Shown one piece after another: positions 1-8,676 of a stretch of 64,000 nucleotides of DNA. The position numbers and the translations under genes are program-made. The notes under the pieces are model-generated. The model saw nothing but the letters and a program-made list of their open reading frames with translations. It was not told the DNA's origin and ran no database searches. The stretch lies in the NCBI GenBank assembly GCA_039810485.1, contig JBDHXA010000001.1, forward strand, positions 756-64,755. Direction: 5' to 3'. Positions within the stretch are counted from its first letter, which is position 1. Each line of letters begins with the position of its first letter. Origin of the DNA: Chlorobiota bacterium. Lineage in GTDB: Bacteria; Bacteroidota; Ignavibacteria; Kapaibacteriales; UBA961.

Positions 1-1
1 C

Positions 2-2404
2 GGAGTTGTGCAATTGAAAAATTCTAATAATACTGCTAATCGTCTTGAGTTTTACAGCCCCGGCAATAATACCTATTCAGCATTTCGTGCAGGTGTTCAA
101 AATGCAAATTTTGTGTATACGCTTCCAACAGTAGCAGGAACTGTTAATCAAGTGTTAAGCATTGCTTCTATTACAACCGACACTGTAAATTTAACTTGGG
201 CGTCGGCAGGCGGCGGCAGTGGAACAAGCTGGCTTGTAGCTGGAAATGGCGGCACAAGCAGCAACAACTTCCTTGGAACTACTGATAATACCAGCATGCA
301 AATTAGAGTAAACAATGTTCATCAGATGATATTCAATACAAATAATAGTATTCAAAGAGATAATAACGGTGCTTCGCGCGGAAATGGCGCTGTAGATCTT
401 CAAAATTCGCGTAGTAGTTTTGCACAAGTTGCAAGCGGCGCATATTCATTCATAGGAGCTGGTTATGGTAATACAGCAGCCGGATATGCTACTGCAATTG
501 CGGGTGGAATTTCAAACTCGGTTAGCGCTGAAAATGCTGCAATATTAGGCGGTCAAAACAATACTGCAAACTCTAATCAATCTGCGATTGTCGGCGGCTC
601 TGGCAATACTGCAAATGGAGCTAATTCTTCGGTTTTAGGCGGTCAGAACAATACGTCATCCAATCAAAACACTGCCGTAGTCGGCGGCTCTGGCAATACT
701 GCAAATGCAGCTAATTCTTCGGTTTTAGGCGGTCAGAACAATACGTCATCCAATCAAAATACTGCCGTAGTCGGCGGCTCTGGCAATATTGCAAATGCCG
801 TTAATTCATCTGTCGTGGGCGGCTACAACAACAAAGCTGCAAATACAAGCACTGCAATAGTTGGCGGCAATTCAAACACTGTGAATGGTATTTCATCGGC
901 TGTTGCCGGCGGTGATAGCAATGTGGTGAACGGTCAAAACTCATTCGTAGGCGGCGGCTCCAATAATACGCTTGACGGTCAATATTCTGCTATAGTCGGT
1001 GGTCAGAATCTGCGACTAGGCGCCAACTCATTCGGCTATAATGCTTCCGGCTCAACAAATATGAATTCGTACAACAATATCGCATATTTAGGCAATGTGC
1101 ATACATTTATAGGAAATAATGATAATTCGGCGCGCGAACTGCGGTTTATGGTTCCGACAAACAGCCCAAACAGTGCTTATTATACTTCGTTCAAGGCGCG
1201 TGCTCAATCTGCAAATATCAATTATACACTGCCGAATTCTCAGGGAACTAATGGTCAAGTTCTCACAAATGACGGCACAGGCGTATTGTTCTGGTCGTCG
1301 GCTGCTGGCGTGTCGCGCGACTCGGTTTGGATGCTCAATGGAAATAATTATGTTGATTCTACTTTGAATTTTCTTGGAACTCGAGATGCACGTCCGTTAA
1401 TATTCCGCACTAATAATACTCCGCGTCTCATTATAAACTCTAATACTGGCAATGTTGGCATCAATACAAATCTGGCCTCGGAAAAATTGGAAGTGAAGAA
1501 CGGAAATATTTTGCTTTCCACAAACATTGATAACTCGACAAGCGAACTACGCTTCCAAGAGTCGGGCAACAACAATAACGACTATGTCGGCTTTAAAGCG
1601 CCTAATACTATACCGGTCAATACAATATGGACATTGCCAAATGCTGACGGAACAAGCGGTCAGATGCTCGTTACCAATGGCAGCAAAATATTGTCTTGGG
1701 CATCGCCTGCAACGCTCGACTCGGCGTGGCAGCTAAGAGGAAATGCAAATACTGACTCAACGAAGCATTTTATAGGTACAACCGATCAAAAGCCGGTTAT
1801 CTTCAAATCGGGGAATACTGAGATGGCGCGCATACAATCTAAAACCGGCAATTTTGGCATAAATACAAACGCTCCAACACAGCAATTGGAAGTGAAGAAC
1901 GGCAATGTTCTACTTTCCACAAACAGCTCTAATTCTACAAGCGAACTGCGCTTTCAGGCAGCCGGCAACAGTAATAATTATGTTGGGTTTAAAGCGCCAA
2001 ATACTGTAACTTCAACAACTACGTGGTCTCTGCCGCCATCCGACGGTACAAACGGACAAGTGCTGACAACAGACGGCTCCGCTAATTTGAGTTGGAGTAA
2101 TGCTGTAGCAGCAGATACTACCATTAAAATTTTGCGCAAAGCTTATACTTTTAATTTACCGAATATTGTATCACAAAATAATAATTATGAAAATGAGTAT
2201 AATATGGATGTAACAATTACAGGTGCAAAAACTACGGGAACTGTATATTGTTCTCCAAGCCAGGATCTGCCTGACGGTTTGATGATTTCATACTGCCGAG
2301 TTGTTTCTAATAACACAGTAAGAATAGTTTTCAGGAATGAAAGATATCCATTTCAAGACATAGATCCGCCCAGCATGACTTTTTATATAACCGTTATACA
2401 GTAG
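2..2404 (+). CDS. repeat-rich surface fibre/adhesin-like protein, 5' end outside window
   Basis: The frame is open to the window edge and the listed start has no signal peptide. YadA-head/Hep_Hag-like GG(Q/S)NNT..N..A(I/V)VGG repeats are present. Four copies of a ~60-aa module (ELRF..Y(V/T)xFKA....(W/Y)(T/S)LP..(D/Q)GT.GQ(V/M)L) alternate with a W.L.GN....F(L/I)GT.D module typical of tail-fibre-like proteins. Confidence 0.6.
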   Translation, partial: GVVQLKNSNNTANRLEFYSPGNNTYSAFRAGVQNANFVYTLPTVAGTVNQVLSIASITTDTVNLTWASAGGGSGTSWLVAGNGGTSSNNFLGTTDNTSMQIRVNNVHQMIFNTNNSIQRDNNGASRGNGAVDLQNSRSSFAQVASGAYSFIGAGYGNTAAGYATAIAGGISNSVSAENAAILGGQNNTANSNQSAIVGGSGNTANGANSSVLGGQNNTSSNQNTAVVGGSGNTANAANSSVLGGQNNTSSNQNTAVVGGSGNIANAVNSSVVGGYNNKAANTSTAIVGGNSNTVNGISSAVAGGDSNVVNGQNSFVGGGSNNTLDGQYSAIVGGQNLRLGANSFGYNASGSTNMNSYNNIAYLGNVHTFIGNNDNSARELRFMVPTNSPNSAYYTSFKARAQSANINYTLPNSQGTNGQVLTNDGTGVLFWSSAAGVSRDSVWMLNGNNYVDSTLNFLGTRDARPLIFRTNNTPRLIINSNTGNVGINTNLASEKLEVKNGNILLSTNIDNSTSELRFQESGNNNNDYVGFKAPNTIPVNTIWTLPNADGTSGQMLVTNGSKILSWASPATLDSAWQLRGNANTDSTKHFIGTTDQKPVIFKSGNTEMARIQSKTGNFGINTNAPTQQLEVKNGNVLLSTNSSNSTSELRFQAAGNSNNYVGFKAPNTVTSTTTWSLPPSDGTNGQVLTTDGSANLSWSNAVAADTTIKILRKAYTFNLPNIVSQNNNYENEYNMDVTITGAKTTGTVYCSPSQDLPDGLMISYCRVVSNNTVRIVFRNERYPFQDIDPPSMTFYITVIQ
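591..800 (+). repeat. in-frame 90-bp tandem repeat (two near-identical units 591-680 and 681-770, plus a diverged partial third)
   Basis: Units 1 and 2 differ at only two positions by direct reading. Each encodes VGGSGNTANxANSSVLGGQNNTSSNQNTAV. Confidence 0.85.
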
Positions 2405-2432
2405 GCAATTGCGCATTTATTTAACTACTATC

Positions 2433-2813
2433 ATGAAATCGCTCATATTCATATTCGTTATATTGCTTGCATTATTCTGCTCTTCGATGCAAGCGCAGAT
2501 ATTGACAAATAATGGCGCGATTATAACGGCATCGCCGCGGGCTGTAGTATTTGTCAATGGCAGCGCTTGGATTAAAAGCGGCGAAATGTCGTTTGCCGAT
2601 AGAGCCGAATTGCGCATTAGCGGCAAGCTGACTTTTGATTCGGGTTTGATGCTGTTTGCCGGCATATCAACAGGATACATTGCAGATGACTGCTATATCG
2701 GCGAGCGCGGCAATTTGCGACGTCTCGGGCAAGGCACATTATATTTATACCGCTTCACGCACAATAAGGGCATAATTGAGAATGAAGGAACTATAGAATA
2801 CGGGCAGCCTTAG
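2433..2813 (+). CDS. hypothetical secreted protein
   Basis: ATG at 2433 gives a signal peptide MKSLIFIFVILLALFCSSMQAQ. It shares an (I/L)L(T/N)N..G.I N-terminal pattern with the next ORF. No family recognised. Confidence 0.5.
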   Translation: MKSLIFIFVILLALFCSSMQAQILTNNGAIITASPRAVVFVNGSAWIKSGEMSFADRAELRISGKLTFDSGLMLFAGISTGYIADDCYIGERGNLRRLGQGTLYLYRFTHNKGIIENEGTIEYGQP

Positions 2814-2873
2814 AGAAATCAGATGTCAAGATATGATTAGAAATAAGACCTCGAAAATAGGGGCAAAATAAGA

Positions 2874-5249
2874 ATGAAACTACGTTTATACATATTGGCT
2901 TTCGCAGCGTTTTACTGCGCGGTGGGCGGTGCTTTCAGTCAGCATTTGCTCAATGACTCGACCGGACGCATTATCAATCGCGGCACATTGCGCTTTCTAT
3001 CCGACACCGCCAAATTTGGTAATGCACAGGCGAATGTCAAAGAAATTGTCAATCAAGGCGTTATCGAATTTGTCGGCCGCCGTGCCACATTTACCGAAGC
3101 GTCTTTTCTTCCTTCGTTTCTGGGCGATGCCGGCTCTACCGCTCTCGGCTCAACTTTGGGATTTCGAGTTCCGGGCTTAGTACGGTATGCTCATGCAGTT
3201 GCAGGCGATTCGCAGTATGTGCAAACCCGCTATTTCAGCAGTTTAGAGTTGGACAAAGCTGCTCCGAAATTTATTCCGACCGATGTCTATGTTGGCGACA
3301 CATTCAATATCACAAGCTCTTCTGGCGGACGAAGATATGAAGGCGTTTTTCACTACGATGGTGCCGCCAATCAGCCGATATTTCCAGAAAACAGCAATAT
3401 ATTCCGCATAAACCGATATTATAATCTCGATTTATTGGTAAGCGACGGAACTAACAGCAGCAAAAAAACTCTCGCACCAAAGCAAACTGCCCGATTAGAC
3501 GGCGTTTTGACGTCAAGCGCTCAGGCGCCTCTTGCTCTCGACGGCTTCATGCTTTTGGGAAGCGACGGAAAAGACACATCAATTACAAATGGAACTATTG
3601 TGGTTGCAAGCGGAGGTTTGCTGGAAATGGGCAGGCGTCCTATTCGCTATAATGCTAACGTAACAGTAATGCAGGGCAAGGTTTACGCGCCGGATACAGC
3701 GGGTGCAATGCACGTAACATCACCTGCCACACTGACGTTGGACGGCAATGCCGGTCAGATCGACATGCGCGAAAACACCCTTATGATTGTAACCGGCGAC
3801 TACAGCAATACTGGAAGTGGCGCGAACGCTTTGTTCGACAAAACGTCAACAGTAGTGTTCAACGGCGACGACAATCAAAAAGTTGAGCATACGCTTGCTA
3901 GCAATCCTTATGGAAATGTTCGGACATTACTATCCAAAACTGCTCGCGGTAATATATTTGTGGCAAGTGAATTAACCGTAGAAAACGGCGATATTCAGAT
4001 GAAAAGCGATACACTAACAATGCAGAATGCCTCAATTCAGCCGAAATATGTGGGCGGTCTGGAAGAGGTGATAGGAGCAATGCGTCGCGTTAATATCAGC
4101 GGAGCGAATGCCGGCTATAGATTCAACAATATGCAAACACAGGCAACATTTGCTTCGGATACTGCAACATATCCAAGCGAAATGACAATTACGGCTACGC
4201 CGATGGCAGATCCAGCAAATCCTCCTATAAGATATAATAATTTAACTGATGTTAATCGTAGAATTATCATTGGCTATAGCGACACGTCAAAACCTTGGCA
4301 GGCAACGATCCGCGTTGGTTACCGCTCTTATGAAGCGGCAAAATTAGATCAAGCCAATCTTGTGTTCTTTGAAAATTGGGCAGACAGCGCAAAGGAGATG
4401 TCAACTGAATCTCTCAATCCGGCAAATATTTATTCACGGCTTTCAGCGCAGCCCAAAGCGCTTGGATACGTTGAACTGCCCGGAATACATGCCGCAAGCG
4501 CAGTTGGAATTAACGGAGCGGCAATATTCAAATCCGGACATGATCTGGTGCTTCGCGATAGGAGCATTCAACCGCCGTTAACATTATTAGCGCATGCTTT
4601 GTTAGAAGGCGCATATCGCGGCAATGAATTGATGGGAACTGAATTATTGCAGCGAAACCTGATACCATTGACGCCTCCGGCAATGTATCCATATTTATTA
4701 GATAGCGCTCGAGTAAATCAAACAGTAGCAAAAATTCCCGATTCCGTAGTTGATTGGGTAACTTTAGAATTTCGTTCACAATTAACAGGCGGAACTCGCT
4801 ATTATCGCAACTGTTTCATCCGCGATAATGGCACATTAGTTGATTTAGACGGCAAAAGCCCTATAATTCTGCCGATGCACAAGCCCGGAGATTATTATGT
4901 GGCTCTGCGCCATAGAAATCATCTTGCTGTAATTACAGCTGCGCCTCAATCGTTAAGTTCGTCAATGACAGCCAATATATTGGACTTCGCTAATCCGAAT
5001 ATTGTTGAGGGAGGTTTCTCAGCATTAAAGCCGGTAGAATTGATTGGAGCCAGATATGTTTACGGATTAGTTGCTGGCGACAGAGATGGAAATGGCACGA
5101 TAAATTCTATTGATTACACAACTATATGGAATGGTCGCGATTATGAAGAGTATTTAAACAATGACACCCAAATGAATGGAATTGTAAATACAGTTGATTT
5201 CAATGTGAGTTGGAATAATCGCTTGCGTCAGACCTTTGTAACGCCATAA
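2874..5249 (+). CDS. large secreted protein with dockerin/EF-hand-like C-terminal module
   Basis: Signal peptide MKLRLYILAFAAFYCAVGGAFSQ. The C-terminus carries GDRDGNGTINSIDY and NNDTQMNGIVNTVDF Ca-binding-loop-like pairs, preceded by DWVTLEFR...ALRHRNHL, a module seen at the ends of Bacteroidetes surface proteins. Confidence 0.55.
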   Translation: MKLRLYILAFAAFYCAVGGAFSQHLLNDSTGRIINRGTLRFLSDTAKFGNAQANVKEIVNQGVIEFVGRRATFTEASFLPSFLGDAGSTALGSTLGFRVPGLVRYAHAVAGDSQYVQTRYFSSLELDKAAPKFIPTDVYVGDTFNITSSSGGRRYEGVFHYDGAANQPIFPENSNIFRINRYYNLDLLVSDGTNSSKKTLAPKQTARLDGVLTSSAQAPLALDGFMLLGSDGKDTSITNGTIVVASGGLLEMGRRPIRYNANVTVMQGKVYAPDTAGAMHVTSPATLTLDGNAGQIDMRENTLMIVTGDYSNTGSGANALFDKTSTVVFNGDDNQKVEHTLASNPYGNVRTLLSKTARGNIFVASELTVENGDIQMKSDTLTMQNASIQPKYVGGLEEVIGAMRRVNISGANAGYRFNNMQTQATFASDTATYPSEMTITATPMADPANPPIRYNNLTDVNRRIIIGYSDTSKPWQATIRVGYRSYEAAKLDQANLVFFENWADSAKEMSTESLNPANIYSRLSAQPKALGYVELPGIHAASAVGINGAAIFKSGHDLVLRDRSIQPPLTLLAHALLEGAYRGNELMGTELLQRNLIPLTPPAMYPYLLDSARVNQTVAKIPDSVVDWVTLEFRSQLTGGTRYYRNCFIRDNGTLVDLDGKSPIILPMHKPGDYYVALRHRNHLAVITAAPQSLSSSMTANILDFANPNIVEGGFSALKPVELIGARYVYGLVAGDRDGNGTINSIDYTTIWNGRDYEEYLNNDTQMNGIVNTVDFNVSWNNRLRQTFVTP

Positions 5250-5259
5250 CATTAATGAT

Positions 5260-6537
5260 ATGAAAAAACTACGATACACGGGCGTAATAATGGCAGTTGT
5301 TTTGATGACAGTTGTATTGTTGCCATATAAAAGCGTTGCACAGAAATTGGACACATTATTGCAAGTATCAGTGATCAATCCTCATGTTTCCAACGATACA
5401 TTGGAATTTTCTTTAGGATTAACTAGATTGAGCAATATTTGGGAGCGCTGGGCTAATGCAACATTTGAACTAGTTGTTGATCCGGCACCATCGCAGGATA
5501 TTATGAAAATTGCGCTTATAGACGGCACTACACAATTAAACAACGGTTATACTATAACTCCTCGCATTGTAACTTCCGCTCTTGTGCCGGGCAGCAAAAT
5601 AACACAAACGAGAATAAGCATTACAATACTAGGACCGGAGTTTTTTTCACAGGCAAATTCAGTAGGAATAGACACGTCCAATCCGCTTTTGGTGGGACGT
5701 TTCCGTGTGATTCGCACCGATGGACAGCCATTTCAAGAGCCGATCAGCGTTAATTGGCTTGGCGATTATACATATTATCAGGCGACTGCTTATAAAATTG
5801 ACAAGGACAATACGCCATGGAATATGACTGATGATAATATAGAGATGGCAAGCAAATCTAAATATGTTTCTGGCAGAACAACGCTCTTGCCGCCAATAAC
5901 ATTTGACTGCTCATCGCTTTACATTAAATATTTGGGCAGCCGCGTAGTGCAGCTTAGTTGGGAAACTCAATCAGAGCGGCTTTTGAAGGGATTTGTTGTT
6001 GTGCGCGGCTTATTGCCTTTCGGCGAAACTGATACGTCAAAAGTCGAGTTTTCGGATACGCTTGCATCATTTCACACTAATCCTGCAATGCGGGCAAAAG
6101 CAGGCAAAGGCAAGGGCGCACAATATATGCTGATTGATACGGCAGAACTGCGCGGCGAGTATTATTTTTACAAAGTAATTGCCTATGACACGAGCGAGCA
6201 TGAATCCCTTTTCTGTATGAAAGGAGTTAACGTTCCATTTGCCGTTATCAGCGCCGCAGCGCCGCAGCCAAACCCATTTTCTGAGAAAACAACGGTTGAA
6301 TATGTTCTTGACGACGATGTATATTTAACGTGCAAAGTGTACAACGCGGCAGGTCAGCTATTTGAAACGCTGATAAATAATAAATTTTCAAAATTAGGAA
6401 CATACACAGTAGATTTCGTTGCCGATGCTTTTGCATTGCAAGGAATGTACGATATTATATTTATTGCCACGCCCATAAAAGATCAGTCAATAGAATTATC
6501 GCGCGCTGTTGTAAAAGTGCAATTGCTGCGCCACTAA
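5260..6537 (+). CDS. secreted protein with T9SS (Por) C-terminal sorting domain
   Basis: N-terminal signal peptide. The last ~85 aa (PQPNPFSEKTTVEYVL..VYNAAGQLFETL...GMYDIIF) match the type-A T9SS CTD pattern. Confidence 0.65.
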   Translation: MKKLRYTGVIMAVVLMTVVLLPYKSVAQKLDTLLQVSVINPHVSNDTLEFSLGLTRLSNIWERWANATFELVVDPAPSQDIMKIALIDGTTQLNNGYTITPRIVTSALVPGSKITQTRISITILGPEFFSQANSVGIDTSNPLLVGRFRVIRTDGQPFQEPISVNWLGDYTYYQATAYKIDKDNTPWNMTDDNIEMASKSKYVSGRTTLLPPITFDCSSLYIKYLGSRVVQLSWETQSERLLKGFVVVRGLLPFGETDTSKVEFSDTLASFHTNPAMRAKAGKGKGAQYMLIDTAELRGEYYFYKVIAYDTSEHESLFCMKGVNVPFAVISAAAPQPNPFSEKTTVEYVLDDDVYLTCKVYNAAGQLFETLINNKFSKLGTYTVDFVADAFALQGMYDIIFIATPIKDQSIELSRAVVKVQLLRH

Positions 6538-6621
6538 TATTAATTTAGTGCTTATTATCTGCTAACTGAAAAAAATGAAATTATTTTGATGTTGAAGTGC
6601 AACAGAGATATAAACAATAAA

Positions 6622-8097
6622 ATGCTAAAGCATTGCAGCAGAATATTTTTCTCTGTAGCAATACTTTTAGGAATTCTCATTGCAAGTGCTACAATAGCAT
6701 CTGCTCAATCTTTTACTGAATCTTTTCGAGAAGTGGAAGTATTGCCGTCGAAAGACACAGTATTTCGCATGCGCCATGACGGCTCTTTCCGATTTGGCAT
6801 TCAAGCAGGAGGAAACGGCAGCTATTATATGGGCGTGCTGAAGGTGCCTCGCATTGCAGCCGATATAAAACGCGGTTTGATAGATGTAACCACAGGCGAC
6901 GGAGCTGGATATTTTCTTGGCGGTGCAGTTGAGTATTTGCCATACGAAAAAAATTGGGGTGCTGCTTTAAAAGTGAATGTTATTGACACTCGCTATGGCA
7001 ATGGCGTATCAGAGCCAATCAATATAGATTCTTCTCTTAAATATGTTTCGCAAACAATGGTAAACTATCTAGTAGTAGCACCAGAGATTAGATATAATTT
7101 GCCAATAGACGGACTATATGCAATCGGAGGACTTGATTTTGAAATTAAGACGGCGTCAGAAGGAAAAGTAGGCCGTCAATTCAATAATGTTGGCGATATT
7201 ACGCAGCTTGCTATAGATACTAACTTTGCCCCACAAGTTTTTCGCTTCGGCGGTCATATAGGGATCGGATACGATATGTTTTCTGCAAATCTTCCGCCCA
7301 GAATGCGTTTTCGAGTTTCACCTTTCATTTCATTGCAGACAGGCAGTGCTGTGGCAGCTTCGCTCGGATCTAATTGGAACTCATTTACCGTCAAGGCAGG
7401 CATCGCGTTCAAGCTAAGTTTCGACGAAGTAACCGACAGCATTATTCCATATGATCCGAATTATTCTGAGCCGCCAAAATATTTAGCGTCGGCACAATAT
7501 CCGCGCGGAATATTGTATGCAGAGTCTCGGAATATACGCCAATTAGAGATACTTGATTTGACTGTGTCTGCCATAGAAGTGCCAGCCGAAGAAACGCCAA
7601 CGATTCAAACTATCACAAACCAGCAGACGCCGCAATCCGAACTGCCTGTTCGCAATGGTGGCGAGACGATAGCAGCGACTGAAATCCCCTCTATTTCTAG
7701 CTCGGAAAATGCTCGGCAAGGCATAAATTCAGCGCAAACATCCTCTGTGAAAGTTGACCTCAACACCACTAGGGCATTTCCTTTCTCCACATCTGTTTCC
7801 TTGAACCTCAGCACGGATGCTCGCCAATATCTTGACGCAGTGGCAGAATACTTAAAAAGCAATCCAAGAGCTACTGTGCGCATAGTTGGACATTCTGACA
7901 ATACTGGAACAACAGCTGAACAGCAAACTGTTTCAGAACGGCGCGCCCAGCAAGCAAACGAATATTTGCGTCGCAAAGGAATCTCACAAGGAAGAATATT
8001 CCCCTCTGCAATGGGAGCTCGCGAGCCGGTAGCGGACAATATTTCGGAGGCAGGCCGCCGCAGAAACCGTAGAGTGGACATTCAAGTTGTTCAATAA
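6622..8097 (+). CDS. OmpA family outer-membrane protein (beta-barrel, low-complexity linker, OmpA_C peptidoglycan-binding domain)
   Basis: Signal peptide from ATG 6622. C-terminal VRIVGHSDNTGT...ERRAQQANEYL...NRRVDIQV is the OmpA C-like signature. Confidence 0.8.
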   Translation: MLKHCSRIFFSVAILLGILIASATIASAQSFTESFREVEVLPSKDTVFRMRHDGSFRFGIQAGGNGSYYMGVLKVPRIAADIKRGLIDVTTGDGAGYFLGGAVEYLPYEKNWGAALKVNVIDTRYGNGVSEPINIDSSLKYVSQTMVNYLVVAPEIRYNLPIDGLYAIGGLDFEIKTASEGKVGRQFNNVGDITQLAIDTNFAPQVFRFGGHIGIGYDMFSANLPPRMRFRVSPFISLQTGSAVAASLGSNWNSFTVKAGIAFKLSFDEVTDSIIPYDPNYSEPPKYLASAQYPRGILYAESRNIRQLEILDLTVSAIEVPAEETPTIQTITNQQTPQSELPVRNGGETIAATEIPSISSSENARQGINSAQTSSVKVDLNTTRAFPFSTSVSLNLSTDARQYLDAVAEYLKSNPRATVRIVGHSDNTGTTAEQQTVSERRAQQANEYLRRKGISQGRIFPSAMGAREPVADNISEAGRRRNRRVDIQVVQ

Positions 8098-8145
8098 ATT
8101 ATTCCTATTTCCATAGTTATTTCGGGCAATTTCACAGCAATTTGC

Positions 8146-8153
8146 TATTTTTG
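8146..8153 (+). promoter_or_regulatory. candidate -7 box TATTTTTG (TAnnTTTG) upstream of the response regulator
   Basis: Exact match to the Bacteroidetes-type -7 consensus, 44 nt upstream of ATG 8197. No clean -33 TTTG. Confidence 0.4.
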
Positions 8154-8196
8154 CTCCAAAGACCATGCATCATATAATATCGTCGGAGTTTAATCA

Positions 8197-8586
8197 ATGA
8201 CCGAACAAGCAGCTACGGTTTGCATTATTGAAGACAGCGAAGCTATCCGCCGCTTATTTGGCATCATCCTGAAAAAAAACGGCTATGAACCGGTAGAATT
8301 TGACATTGGTCAGTCGGCGGTAAATTGGCTCAAAGACAATAAGCCGGCGGTTGTGTTATGCGACGATATTCTGCCGGATATTAATGGGAGCGAGATTATT
8401 AAAATACTGCGTCAAACTTCCGAAGGCAGACAGCAGTGCGTAATAGCAATTACGGGATATGCTTTGACGACAGATCGCGAACGCTATATTGCAATGGGTT
8501 TTGACGGCTATATTCCCAAGCCGATCAACACATCTACTTTTATTGATGAAATACGCGAAATAATCGCTTCAAAGCAAAGCAAATAG
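8197..8586 (+). CDS. stand-alone CheY-like response regulator receiver
   Basis: Receiver landmarks are present: ED acidic pair, phospho-acceptor Asp in VVLCDDILPDINGSE, Thr in AITGY, Lys in YIPKP. No output domain. Confidence 0.85.
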   Translation: MTEQAATVCIIEDSEAIRRLFGIILKKNGYEPVEFDIGQSAVNWLKDNKPAVVLCDDILPDINGSEIIKILRQTSEGRQQCVIAITGYALTTDRERYIAMGFDGYIPKPINTSTFIDEIREIIASKQSK

Positions 8587-8676
8587 CATAACTTGATATT
8601 TAGTTGTTTGTAATTAATTAAGCATTGTTCTGTCATTAAATTGCCATTCTTCAGCATTAATACTTTTTGATACGAC

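Noticed and set aside
7605-8081. 158-aa minus-strand ORF inside the OmpA gene. Similar long antisense ORFs lie at 29184-29687 (SBP), 34680-35177 (A2M), 37590-37997 (A2M), 53665-54042 (M28) and 56956-57420 (infB).
   Set aside because: Each lies fully within a well-supported gene on the opposite strand and has no recognisable domain. These are typical shadow ORFs.
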